The notes beneath the pieces are model-generated. The model saw nothing but the letters and a program-made list of their open reading frames with translations, did not search any database and was not told where the DNA came from. Positions 54,470 to 64,000 of a stretch of 64,000 bases of DNA are shown here, piece by piece (position 1 is the stretch's first letter; each line of letters opens with the position of its first letter). The DNA comes from a virus. The DNA lies in the IMG/VR virus record IMGVR_UViG_3300048854_000232, positions 230,600 through 294,599 of that record. The stretch is one strand, 5' to 3'. The translations under genes and the position numbers were made by a program.

Positions 54470-57400
54470 ATGGACGAGACCGAAATCTTACTGGGCCTAC
54501 GTCCAGAGGACGCGATCCTGCGCATGGTCAACCGGGCGAACGATGTCCGGTTCTGGCCGGGGGCGTTCGACTACGGTCAACCCGCGCAGGTCTCCGGACG
54601 TGCTACCAGTATCCGCCTGTCGGCTCGCCCGCCGGTGTCCTCGCTGGATGATCAGAAAGTCACCGGTACGATCGACTTCACCTACAACCGTCTGAACCTG
54701 GCCACGCACTTTGCCAGCGTGTTGGATGGGCTGACGGTGACGTTGCCGACCAGCACCCAGGTGATCTTGAACATCCTGACCGAGCGCATGGGTCAGGACT
54801 TCTACCTGGAGGACATTGTCCTTGAGGAGATCACCCGCGGCAATGCGGCGAACTACCTGATCAAGGCCAAGACCGAGTCCTTGCGCTGGATGGGTCAGCT
54901 GGAAGTCAGCCTGATCACCCTGATCGATCTGCCGACCTTGGTGGCCAGTGGCTTGCCCACGGTCTCCCCGCAGTTGGGCACGTTGGCGCAGGACCCGGTG
55001 CACTTTGCTCCGGAAGTGGCCATCCCCGCGATCAACGGCACGGCCTACCGTGACGAGCTGAAAGCACTCACGGCAGGTGAACGGGTGCAGGACCATCTGG
55101 ACATCTTGACCCTGGTCAATGACATCGTCCCGCCGCCCAGCCATCGCATCGAAGAGAACCTCGATCCGTGGGTAGTCAACAACGGACCAGCGGCCTTCAA
55201 CCTGCAAAACGCCACGGTCCTGGGGGTGAAGGCACAAGCGCCGCTGAGCATCAATAAGGTCAGTCCGCTCCTGAACACCGCGTTGGTGCTGTCGTTGGAC
55301 CAGAGCCAGATCACCAACTTCGCCGGTGGCAAGCTGACGATCCCGTTCTACAACGGCACGTTCGAGGACTCCGACTTCACCGACAAGCCGCGTTTGACGC
55401 AGGTCGGTATCGTCTCCATGACCGACGCCAGTGCGTTCGCTACGTTCATGAACCAGTTCAAGCTGGGCGACATCATCACCGACTTGAATGTGGCCGGTGA
55501 TTTCGAGATCGAACCGGGCGTGGTCTGGGTGGCCGATCCGGTCACCCCGAGCCGGACCAACCTGTATAACGCGGTCGTCCAGTACAACGGACAAAAGCGT
55601 GGTCAGGACATCACGCCTGCACATCAGGGGCTCGACCGGGTGATGGTGGTCTCGTTCAGCGAGTACAACACCGCCTACCGCGGTAATATGGCGATCTTCT
55701 ACACTTCGCCGATCCAGTTACCCCTGACCATCCCGACAGGCACCGTCGGTTCGGCCTACAGCTTCCAATTCGTTCCCAATGGAGGCGTGGCGCCGTACAG
55801 CTTCGCAATCACCAGTGGTGCCGTCGAGGGAGCCACCACGTTGGATCCGGTCACGGGGCTGCTGACGGGTATTCCGGCTACCGGCGGTACGTACCAGTTC
55901 ACGCTGACGGTCACGGATGCGGCAGGCTTGGTCGTACCGTTCAACTACACCTACACGGTGGGGACGGTGATCAACCAGCTCCAGCTGACGGGTACGTTGG
56001 CTGCCGGGCGGGTAGGAGTGGCCTACACGGGCTTCATCAACATCAACGGTGGTCAAGCACCGTACACCAACCCGCGGGTGGTCGGCGGCAGTCTGCCGGA
56101 TAACATCGCGCTGGCGATTGTGGGGACCAGCCTGCGCTTTAGTGGTAACTGGCCCGCTGCCGATACCTTCAACTTCACCGTCGCGGTGGATTCGGCGGAC
56201 GGACAGACCGCGCAGAATACCCAGCAGGTGCTGGTCTCGCAAGGACTGCTTCTGACGGGTGCGCCGACCACGGTCACGGCGGGTACGGCGTACACCTACG
56301 ACTACCAGATCACCGGTGGCGTGCCGCCTTACACCAACCCGCGTCTGAGCGCCGGTAACCTGCCGACAGGCTTCAGCTTGCAGGTGGTAGGCTCGGCGTT
56401 GCGACTGACGGGCGATACCACCACGGTAGCAGGCGTCTCCTCCTTTACGGTCGCGGTGTCCTCTTCCGATGGTCAGAGTGCGTCACGGGCCTCCTCCTTG
56501 GTGGTCAATGAAGCGCAGATCACGCCGCCGGATCCGGTGGTGCTGATTGGTGCCTTGCCGGCCGGTAAGATCAACACGGCCTACGCCGCGGCACTCTCGG
56601 TCACTGGGGGTAACGGGACCTACTCGAACCTGCGTGTCAATCAGGGCATGCTGCCCGATGGCTTGTCAGCCACGCTCTCTGGGGGCACGGTGCACATCGC
56701 CGGTGAACCCACGATCGCCTTCAACGGGCAGATCGGTTTGGCGGTGGACTCCGGGACGGTGCAGGGCAGTACGGTGCAGCCGCTGGTGATTGTTGATGCC
56801 GCGGTCCAGCAGTACCAGCATTGGAAGTACATGCTGACAAGTCTTTCGGACACGACGGATTGGTCACCGCTGCATGCCGATGACAGCAGCTGGCTGGAGG
56901 GTGCAACGCCCTTTGGCAATGCGGATGATTTCGTCGATGGCGTGCTCAGCGAGCCTACGGCGTTCGATCCCCGGTTCCAGGACACGATCGCTACCCGGAT
57001 CCCCTTGAACCAGCGGCTGTGGATTCGTCGCACCTTCGTTATTGATGAGATGCCCGAAGCAGGCTTCAAGCTCACCGGTTACATGGACAACAGCTTCGTG
57101 CTGTACGTCAACGGGGTGCAAGTCGTCACCGGGCAGACCACCAGCGGCGTGGGTACCACGGCAGTGATTCCGGCGCGCTACTTTGTTGTGGGGACGAATA
57201 TCATCGCGGCACGTTGCGATGACGATGCGTTCTCCGGTCACCCGGATGCGTGCTACTTCGACTTCCTCTTCGACGGTTACACGTTCGATGAAGCGGTCTC
57301 GGTGGACATGCCCTTCGACGGCTCCGACGGCTCGACGAGTTTCCTCGATAACAAGGGGACGGTGTGGACGGCGCATGGCAATGCGATGATCTCCAACGGC

Positions 57401-58615
57401 AAGGCTCTAACCAGCAATGGCGTGGCCGGGTACTTCGATGGTTCGGGCGATTACCTGCAAGCTTCCTCACCGCAGGGTGCCAACTTCGGTAGCACGGACT
57501 TCACGGTCGAGACCTACGCCTGGGTGAACAGTGCCTCGGCCGTGGGCATGATCATGGGCGTGTACTCCGATGCCGATGGCCGTTCATGGATGATGGGTGT
57601 CAACACCGATCAGGGTCGACCCAACCTGATCACCAGCTGGGCCCTGAACCGCTCCGGCTACGATCCGTCACGCGATCTGTCGATCAACAACAAGTTCCTG
57701 TTGAAGACCTGGGTTCACTTGGTCATGCAGCGCTACGGCAGCACGTTGATGGTCTTTGTCAATGGCGTGTTGGTTGCCTCGTACAACATGGGCACGGACA
57801 CACTGGCCGACACCACCGGTAGCATCTTCAAGATCGGTGGCAACAGTCAGGGACAGTACTTCAACGGGTACCTGAAGAATCTGCGCATCACGCGTGGTGT
57901 GGCACGGTACCCGACGAACTTCACCCCGCCGCTCCTGCCGAGCTTGCCTGCACCGGTGGCCAACGTCCCCTTCAGTGGTGCTAACGGCTCGATTCTGTTC
58001 CCGGATACCGCAGGTGCTATCTGGACCCGCAACGGTTCGGTAGCGATCACCAACGCGTTCGTAGACGGCAACGGCGATGGCGTGGGTGCGCAGTTTGGTC
58101 TGACCGACCAGGACTACTTGACCACTGCCTCCACCGATGCGTGGAACTTTGGCAATGGCGACTTCACCTTGGAGTGCTATCTGCGCCTGACCAGCGCGGT
58201 GACCGCCAGCTACGCGGCGATCGTCAGTAAGCATCAAACCAACGATGTGTCGCGCGGCGGGCTCTCGTTCCTGTTCGGACTGGCCAACGGCAAGCTGGAC
58301 ATCACCTTGTACAACCCCTCGACGTCCAAGGAGCTCACGCTCACCACGGCGTTCCCGGTGGGCGTGCGGACCAAGATCGCGGCGCAGCGCTGGGCCGATA
58401 CGCTGTACCTGCTGGTCAACGATGTGGTCGTGGGTACCCTGGATGTCACGGGATTGACGCTGGGCTTCACCAACGGTAACCCGATTTACTTGGGCCACGT
58501 GATGCGCGCAGAAGGTGTGGAGCCTGGGCTGGCCTTGCCGGGTGTGATCGAGAAACTCAAGGTGTACGCCGCCGCCAAGTACGGCGACAACGGTACGCTT
58601 CGCTTCTTAACTTAA
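54470..58615 (+). CDS. tail fibre/receptor-binding protein (gp131-like N-terminus, Ig repeats, sugar-binding jelly roll, two LamG domains)
   Basis: YNRLNL anchor; GGxAPY Ig repeats; WLEGATPFG/DNSFVLYVNG domain; DFTVETY...FNGYLKNLRITRGVARY LamG. Confidence 0.85.
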   Translation: MDETEILLGLRPEDAILRMVNRANDVRFWPGAFDYGQPAQVSGRATSIRLSARPPVSSLDDQKVTGTIDFTYNRLNLATHFASVLDGLTVTLPTSTQVILNILTERMGQDFYLEDIVLEEITRGNAANYLIKAKTESLRWMGQLEVSLITLIDLPTLVASGLPTVSPQLGTLAQDPVHFAPEVAIPAINGTAYRDELKALTAGERVQDHLDILTLVNDIVPPPSHRIEENLDPWVVNNGPAAFNLQNATVLGVKAQAPLSINKVSPLLNTALVLSLDQSQITNFAGGKLTIPFYNGTFEDSDFTDKPRLTQVGIVSMTDASAFATFMNQFKLGDIITDLNVAGDFEIEPGVVWVADPVTPSRTNLYNAVVQYNGQKRGQDITPAHQGLDRVMVVSFSEYNTAYRGNMAIFYTSPIQLPLTIPTGTVGSAYSFQFVPNGGVAPYSFAITSGAVEGATTLDPVTGLLTGIPATGGTYQFTLTVTDAAGLVVPFNYTYTVGTVINQLQLTGTLAAGRVGVAYTGFININGGQAPYTNPRVVGGSLPDNIALAIVGTSLRFSGNWPAADTFNFTVAVDSADGQTAQNTQQVLVSQGLLLTGAPTTVTAGTAYTYDYQITGGVPPYTNPRLSAGNLPTGFSLQVVGSALRLTGDTTTVAGVSSFTVAVSSSDGQSASRASSLVVNEAQITPPDPVVLIGALPAGKINTAYAAALSVTGGNGTYSNLRVNQGMLPDGLSATLSGGTVHIAGEPTIAFNGQIGLAVDSGTVQGSTVQPLVIVDAAVQQYQHWKYMLTSLSDTTDWSPLHADDSSWLEGATPFGNADDFVDGVLSEPTAFDPRFQDTIATRIPLNQRLWIRRTFVIDEMPEAGFKLTGYMDNSFVLYVNGVQVVTGQTTSGVGTTAVIPARYFVVGTNIIAARCDDDAFSGHPDACYFDFLFDGYTFDEAVSVDMPFDGSDGSTSFLDNKGTVWTAHGNAMISNGKALTSNGVAGYFDGSGDYLQASSPQGANFGSTDFTVETYAWVNSASAVGMIMGVYSDADGRSWMMGVNTDQGRPNLITSWALNRSGYDPSRDLSINNKFLLKTWVHLVMQRYGSTLMVFVNGVLVASYNMGTDTLADTTGSIFKIGGNSQGQYFNGYLKNLRITRGVARYPTNFTPPLLPSLPAPVANVPFSGANGSILFPDTAGAIWTRNGSVAITNAFVDGNGDGVGAQFGLTDQDYLTTASTDAWNFGNGDFTLECYLRLTSAVTASYAAIVSKHQTNDVSRGGLSFLFGLANGKLDITLYNPSTSKELTLTTAFPVGVRTKIAAQRWADTLYLLVNDVVVGTLDVTGLTLGFTNGNPIYLGHVMRAEGVEPGLALPGVIEKLKVYAAAKYGDNGTLRFLT

Positions 58616-58628
58616 GAGGAGACCCTCC

Positions 58629-59204
58629 ATGAGCATGAACCTCTTGGGCCAAACGGCGCTCGATTGTGTCACCGCGCAGTTCCGTGCGGTGTTCACCGAA
58701 ACGATCGATGAGCGGTATGTGAAGTACTCGCTGGATGCCCCGAACAGTCGTCTGCAGATCCAAGCCCTCTTGCAGGGCACGGACGGCTCGACGGGTATCT
58801 ACGAGAACAACGCCAGTTGCACGTACGCCAAAGCGAACTTGGGCGTGTTGGTTCCTTACCCCGTGGTTTATGACGGGGCGTGGCCGACGACCTACCGGTT
58901 GCTGAAAACGTACTTGCAGTCCCGTTACGGCTTCCTCTTGGAAGATGGCGAATTCACCATCGCCAGCAACCTGGTGACCACTCCACTGCAAGCGGACGAT
59001 GCGGTCAATGCAACACCGAACCCCATGACGGGCGAAGTAGCGTTGACCGCGGTACCCGCCTCGGGACGGTGGAAAACCGGGACGAGCTTGCGCCTGGTGA
59101 TTGCCGCATCCAACGGACCGACGCGCTTGACGGCGTTGGTGCCCACTTCGGTGACCCCGCAGTTGGCTGCCTTGACTGATGTCGGTGACAGCCACACCGT
59201 GTAA
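58629..59204 (+). CDS. virion structural protein (homolog of the N-terminus of the next gene)
   Basis: LKTYLQSRYGFLLEDGEF matches LKTYLQSSYDYLVEDGEF in the 59318 ORF. Confidence 0.75.
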   Translation: MSMNLLGQTALDCVTAQFRAVFTETIDERYVKYSLDAPNSRLQIQALLQGTDGSTGIYENNASCTYAKANLGVLVPYPVVYDGAWPTTYRLLKTYLQSRYGFLLEDGEFTIASNLVTTPLQADDAVNATPNPMTGEVALTAVPASGRWKTGTSLRLVIAASNGPTRLTALVPTSVTPQLAALTDVGDSHTV

Positions 59205-59252
59205 GGCATAACACCCCAGAGCCCTGACCGGCTCTGGGGCTTTTTTGCCGGT
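59205..59252 (+). terminator. intrinsic terminator
   Basis: GGCATA..CCCCAGAGCC-CTGACC-GGCTCTGGGG followed by CTTTTTTGCCGGT. Confidence 0.8.
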
Positions 59253-59317
59253 CATAATGTGACCTACCCGAAACATAGACGTGTCGGGCGTTTTTATCTG
59301 TTAATGAGGATTCTGTC

Positions 59318-62300
59318 GTGGCCGGGACCAAAACCATCTACAACAGCAGCACCCTCGAGTGCGTCCTGGAAGTCGTCTATCGACTACTGGGTGTCACGCT
59401 CGATGCTGACTTTGTCAGCTACAGTCTGGATCGCACCAACGCGACCTTGACGATCACGGCGCTGCCGCAAGCCGCCGACGGGCGTAAAGCGCTCTACAGC
59501 GGCACTCTGGTGGTGCCCTACACCAAGCAGGACCTAAATGCGGTGCTGCCCCAGGACATCGTCTATGGCGAGACCTACCCGATCTCCTACGACCGCCTGA
59601 AGACATACCTGCAATCCTCCTACGACTACCTGGTCGAGGACGGGGAGTTCTACGTGGTGGGCGATACGCTACAGACCCCGTTGATGCCTGGCGCTACCAT
59701 CGGTGTGCAACCGGACGAAGAGACGGGTTTGATCCAACTGGCGACCACCGGCCATGCCGGCCGTTGGTTGGAAGGCGGTCTGTTTCCTCTGACGATCACC
59801 GCGCCGGGCGCTTTGCTGCCGGGTGAGCAGCTGACGATCTCCGGCGATGCGCCGAACGTGATGCTGGGGGTGGGCTACGACTTCACCTATGCCGCTCAGA
59901 ACGGCACGCCGCCGTTGGCCTGGTCAGTGGTGGACGGCGCCCCGCCGGCGCCTCTGGACCCCGTGACGGGCCGTCTGTTCACCAATGCCACGCAGAGCCC
60001 GGGTAACTTCACCTGGACGATTCGCTGCACCGATGCCGCAGGTCGCTTTGCCGAGTTGACGGACAGCTGTGAGGTGGAAGTCCCCGCGATGCAGTTGCCC
60101 AACCCGTACTCGGGAACTGTGACCGAAGCCAGCGCGTTGTCGCATCAGTACGCCGCTCAAGGCGGTCTGGCCCCGTACACCTACAACGCCCCGCTGGGCC
60201 TGTCCCGTGGTTTGACGTTGACCTCGCAAGGTCTGCTCGCCGGTATGTTGGATGGTGGTTCGTACACCTTCGACATCAAGGCCACGGATGCGCTGGGCAA
60301 CACGGTCACGATCCATGAAACGTTGGTCGCTACGGGCCGCGCTACCTCGGTGGTGATTGCCAGCCTGTGGAGCAAACTCGGTCACTGGTACGATTGCGAC
60401 GACGGTCCGTTGGCCGCCGGTGGTGTGGTGGTGGATCGGCATGCGGGTCTGAACCTCATTGCCGATGGCGTAATTGGTTCGTCGCTGTCGAACATGATCG
60501 CTGCACATGACTACACGGGCATCTCTGCTGCAGCCGCCTCGGGCGCTGGTCCGGCGTTCACCGACAACTTCGCCATCCTGCTCGGAGTCAAGTCTCCGGG
60601 CAGTAGCTTCAACCAAGGCGTGGTCGGTCGGATGGATTCGACCATGGCTGGCTGGATGGTCTCCTCCACCAGCGATGACGGCACGATCTTGCAGTTGCAG
60701 TACCAGGTGGGCGATACGGTCTACACGGCTCGGTCCACCGCGCCCTATGCCACCGGGCAGTGGGTCAATGCGTTGGTCCAGCGTGACGGAGCGTATTCGG
60801 ACTTCTTCTTCAATAACGGTAACCGCCAGTCGACGCCGGGCGGTGTGGGTTCCCTGACACTACCCACCGAAGCCACGCTGACGGTCGGTATGCGTACTGA
60901 CTTCACCGAAGGCACTGAGTGGACGGGTAGTCTGGAGAACATTGTCCTGTTCACCAACAAGCTCTGGGAAGACGAGCGTACCTGGCTGTGGAATGGCGGC
61001 GTCGGCCGCACCTACGCCCAGGTCAAGGCCGCGGCTACCAGCGCCACCCTGACCCCGCTGTCGATCACCGGCACGCCGCCTGCCGCCCTCCAGGGCGTGG
61101 CGTATAACTACGCCTTTGCGATCAGTGGCGGTATCGCCCCCTACAGTCGTCCGCGTCTGCTGGCTGGGCTGGTTCCTCCGGGAATGAGTCTGACCTTGAC
61201 CGGGGCGACGGTGGTGCTCTCGGGTACACCGACCACGACCGGTTCGTTCAGCTTTAGCCTGGCCGTGGATTCGGCCGACGCGCAGGATGCGCTGGTGAGC
61301 ACGACCGTGGCTGTCGGTGTGCCGTTGACCTCCAACAACCCGGCGTTCAAGGAGCTGATTCAGTTCCTGGCCCCGTCGGTGTATTACCGCTTGGGCGACT
61401 ACGCGGGTGTCGGTGGCAGTGTGGCCACTGACACGATGGGTAACTGGGATGGTCAGTACGGTCCGGCCGCGCAGCTCTCAACCGTCACCGGCTTGCTGCC
61501 TAGCGCAGACACCGACAAGGCGATGCACAACCAGGCAGGCTCGGGCAGTCCGGGGATGAACGTCGCGGCTTCAGCGTTCTTCCAGGCACCGCTGCCTTCG
61601 TTCGTCATGCTGGCAGAGTGGGACGGCACCACCTTGTTGCAGACCCTGTTGCATGTGGGCGACCGTACGTCCTTCGATATGCAGGGTTTGGACATCAACG
61701 TCAACACCGGGGCGATTGTCTTCAACTGGTGGTCAGGTTCGGTCGGTTACAGCACGGCTACCACCTCGACCAATCCCGTGACAGCTAATACCCCGTTCCT
61801 GTTGGGCGTGGATGTCTTGCCCGCTGGTAAGCTCAACGTGTTTATCAACGGCGTGCTGCTGGAAACTGTCGCCGGTGACAACCCCTACAAGGCCCCCACC
61901 AGTCCGGCCACCATGTGGTTGGCTCAGTTGCGCGGTGGTAATACCAGCAACGGGTTCCAAGGTACGTTGGATGAGGTATCGTTCTTCCCGACGAACCTGA
62001 CCGCGGCGCAGCACGCGCTGATCGGTAAGGCCTCGCGGGGTGAGTTGATCATCTTCGGGAAGCCCGCTACGGCCATCCAGAACCAGCCCTACTCCTCCAC
62101 CTTGCGTGTGGGTGGTGGTTCGGGCGCATATCAGAACCTGCGAATCTCCTCGGGGGCGCTGCCGTCCGGGTTGTCGATGGCGCTCAGTGGTCAGGTCATC
62201 TCGATCTCGGGCACTGCGGCAACTACCGGCACCTTTACCTTCTCGGTGTCCATCGATACTGCCGGTGGAGAGACGACCACCTTGGCCGTCACGCTGGTGG

Positions 62301-64000
62301 TTTCGGTTGACACCACGGGCTTGCTCCTGGCCACCTGGGATACGGCTAACACCAACGCCGACGCGTCGTTGACGACGGATCGTCGCACGGCCTCCTGGAA
62401 CACCAACAACACCACCCGTAAAGCGGTGGCTTCGGCGTACGGAAAGTCCAGCGGTAAGTGGGCGTTTGAAGTACGCAACGCCAACGCAGTCTCGGGCACA
62501 CAAACACGCCTGGCCGCAGGCTTGATCAACGACACCTTCGCCGTCAACAGCGTGGCAGGTGCCACCTACGGTATCGGTCAGCAGACCGCGCAAGGCGGTC
62601 TGTGTTCGGTGCAGTTGTCGATCGCCGATTCGGGTGTGGTCAGCACGGGCGTGGTGGCTGACTTCTACGCTGCTCTGGTGAGTGGGGACGGTACGGGTCG
62701 TCGAGTGAATCCGGCGGCTGTCAACCTGACCAACTTCAAGGTCCTGCGCGTGGAAGTGGATCTGGATGCCGCACCGCAAACCGTCAGCTGGTACGCCGGT
62801 AGTACGTTCCTTTACAGTCAGTCGCTTCCTCCGGGACAGACCTGGTATCCGGCGGCATGGTGCAATTCGGATTTCAGTCCGGTGATCAATGCCGGTCAGG
62901 ATGCGATTGCCTTCGTCAACCCGGGCTTCAATCCCGGTTGGTGGCGGGTGCCGTTGGTGAACTCCCCGTCGATCACCCGGTGGGATGTTACCACCGGCTC
63001 CAGTCCGGGCGCCTTCAGCGAGGATGCCCTGACCTACCACAGCATCAACAATGCGGCCATCTGTCGGACGACCAACCCGATTCGCGGGAAGCGCTACTGG
63101 GAGCTCACCTGCCCAGGGACCAACACCTACCAGTTCGTCTGCGGTATCACTTACCCTGCCAACAATAACCTCTTCGGCCAGTTCCAAAACGGCTACAAGA
63201 TCAAAATGACGGCAGGTGTCACCAACTGGTACGCGCTGGGTAGTACCTGGGGCGCTGCCAACGACGTGTTGATGTTTGCCTACGACGCCTCGACGGGTGA
63301 GATGTGGATCGGTAAGAATGGCGTATGGTTCTCGGGCAACCCGGCCAACGCGGACACGCCGGCATGGACACCTGCCGACGGTACCTCGATCGGTACGGAT
63401 GCCTACCCGTTCATCCAAGTCTACGGTACGGGTGAAGCCTGGCTGCGGGCCAACTTCGGCGCGACGCCGTTTGTTTACACGCCACCGGCCGGCTTCAGCA
63501 GCTTTGATGCGGGGGTGGACGATCCGATGGCTGTGGCGATCTATCAGCGCCTGGAGGCCTGGTGGCCGCTGAATGAAACCAGTGGTACGCAACTGACGGA
63601 TGTGCACAACGGACACAACCTGACCTTGCAGGGCAGTCACTACGCTCTGGGTCAGCCAAGCTTGAGTGCGGGCGGCGCTGGGTCATTACAGTGGTTGGGC
63701 AACGGGACGGTCTTTGACGCCTACGCCAAGGGCAGTATCACGCCCGGCTCATTGCAGGGGGCCAAGAACCGGTCGGTCTACACCTGGTACAAGCCCACTT
63801 CCTTTGGTGTGCAGAACACGCCGGTGGAGATCTTCGCCCCGGGCGAGGATGAAACGGCCAATGTTCAGCTGGAATTGCTCATCAGTCAAACGACGGGTAA
63901 GCTGGGCACGTTGTGGGAATACACCGCAGGGAACAATGCGACCACCGCCGGTCCGGCCGTGACCTTGAACGCAGCGTCCTTTATCGGTTACTCGATGGAT
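59318..64000 (+). CDS. large multidomain tail/virion adhesin (Ig, LamG, SPRY), truncated by the window end; absent from the ORF track
   Basis: GAGGA RBS then GTG at 59318 (MAGTKTIYNSSTLECVLE...); same frame reads ...FIGYSMD at 64000; GGxAPY Ig repeats, YYRLGD/GTLDEV LamG, GKWAFEV and GKRYWEL SPRY motifs. Confidence 0.85.
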   Translation, partial: MAGTKTIYNSSTLECVLEVVYRLLGVTLDADFVSYSLDRTNATLTITALPQAADGRKALYSGTLVVPYTKQDLNAVLPQDIVYGETYPISYDRLKTYLQSSYDYLVEDGEFYVVGDTLQTPLMPGATIGVQPDEETGLIQLATTGHAGRWLEGGLFPLTITAPGALLPGEQLTISGDAPNVMLGVGYDFTYAAQNGTPPLAWSVVDGAPPAPLDPVTGRLFTNATQSPGNFTWTIRCTDAAGRFAELTDSCEVEVPAMQLPNPYSGTVTEASALSHQYAAQGGLAPYTYNAPLGLSRGLTLTSQGLLAGMLDGGSYTFDIKATDALGNTVTIHETLVATGRATSVVIASLWSKLGHWYDCDDGPLAAGGVVVDRHAGLNLIADGVIGSSLSNMIAAHDYTGISAAAASGAGPAFTDNFAILLGVKSPGSSFNQGVVGRMDSTMAGWMVSSTSDDGTILQLQYQVGDTVYTARSTAPYATGQWVNALVQRDGAYSDFFFNNGNRQSTPGGVGSLTLPTEATLTVGMRTDFTEGTEWTGSLENIVLFTNKLWEDERTWLWNGGVGRTYAQVKAAATSATLTPLSITGTPPAALQGVAYNYAFAISGGIAPYSRPRLLAGLVPPGMSLTLTGATVVLSGTPTTTGSFSFSLAVDSADAQDALVSTTVAVGVPLTSNNPAFKELIQFLAPSVYYRLGDYAGVGGSVATDTMGNWDGQYGPAAQLSTVTGLLPSADTDKAMHNQAGSGSPGMNVAASAFFQAPLPSFVMLAEWDGTTLLQTLLHVGDRTSFDMQGLDINVNTGAIVFNWWSGSVGYSTATTSTNPVTANTPFLLGVDVLPAGKLNVFINGVLLETVAGDNPYKAPTSPATMWLAQLRGGNTSNGFQGTLDEVSFFPTNLTAAQHALIGKASRGELIIFGKPATAIQNQPYSSTLRVGGGSGAYQNLRISSGALPSGLSMALSGQVISISGTAATTGTFTFSVSIDTAGGETTTLAVTLVVSVDTTGLLLATWDTANTNADASLTTDRRTASWNTNNTTRKAVASAYGKSSGKWAFEVRNANAVSGTQTRLAAGLINDTFAVNSVAGATYGIGQQTAQGGLCSVQLSIADSGVVSTGVVADFYAALVSGDGTGRRVNPAAVNLTNFKVLRVEVDLDAAPQTVSWYAGSTFLYSQSLPPGQTWYPAAWCNSDFSPVINAGQDAIAFVNPGFNPGWWRVPLVNSPSITRWDVTTGSSPGAFSEDALTYHSINNAAICRTTNPIRGKRYWELTCPGTNTYQFVCGITYPANNNLFGQFQNGYKIKMTAGVTNWYALGSTWGAANDVLMFAYDASTGEMWIGKNGVWFSGNPANADTPAWTPADGTSIGTDAYPFIQVYGTGEAWLRANFGATPFVYTPPAGFSSFDAGVDDPMAVAIYQRLEAWWPLNETSGTQLTDVHNGHNLTLQGSHYALGQPSLSAGGAGSLQWLGNGTVFDAYAKGSITPGSLQGAKNRSVYTWYKPTSFGVQNTPVEIFAPGEDETANVQLELLISQTTGKLGTLWEYTAGNNATTAGPAVTLNAASFIGYSMD

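Noticed and set aside
54470-64000. Diversity-generating retroelement or invertible cassette acting on the tail fibres
   Set aside because: The repeats are diverged protein-level Ig modules; no near-identical template/variable repeat pair, reverse transcriptase or invertase was seen
1-64000. CRISPR array, tRNA or rRNA genes
   Set aside because: No regularly spaced direct repeats or cloverleaf/T-loop patterns were noticed; the similar CCCTCCC/GGGAGGG hairpins are dispersed terminators. A tRNAscan run would be needed to be certain.
1-64000. Stop-codon reassignment
   Set aside because: Genes tile densely under the standard code and end in TAA, TGA or TAG

Overview
The window is a segment of a GC-rich phiKZ-like (Chimalliviridae-type, probably nucleus-forming) jumbo phage genome. 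A very host-like RecJ suggests a Xanthomonadales-type host; this is inference from sequence style, not a database result. Positions ~1-37.6 kb are an accessory/early region of small, mostly + strand ORFs. They include a QueC-like protein, two GNATs, RecJ, two tandem proteasome-beta/HslV-like Ntn hydrolases, three HigA-like HTH proteins, PhoH, a SleB-like cell wall hydrolase and several paralog families. Positions ~38-64 kb hold the conserved phiKZ core block: DnaB helicase, major capsid protein (MCP), nvRNAP beta-like subunit, portal, and virion/tail-fibre proteins with Ig, LamG and SPRY modules. The last tail gene runs off the window end and is missing from the ORF track. Top observations: (1) two tandem small genes (3994-5101) are stand-alone copies of the MCP's internal insertion domain and are candidate capsid decoys; (2) a self-contained four-gene operon carries two different proteasome-beta-like subunits; (3) a promoter-to-terminator mini-unit could make a ~60 nt sRNA; (4) there are orphan antitoxins and an orphan QueC; (5) promoter motifs and terminator-flanking motifs recur across the window. 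No tRNA, rRNA, CRISPR array, integrase or reverse transcriptase was seen. All family assignments come from motif recognition by eye, not from database searches.
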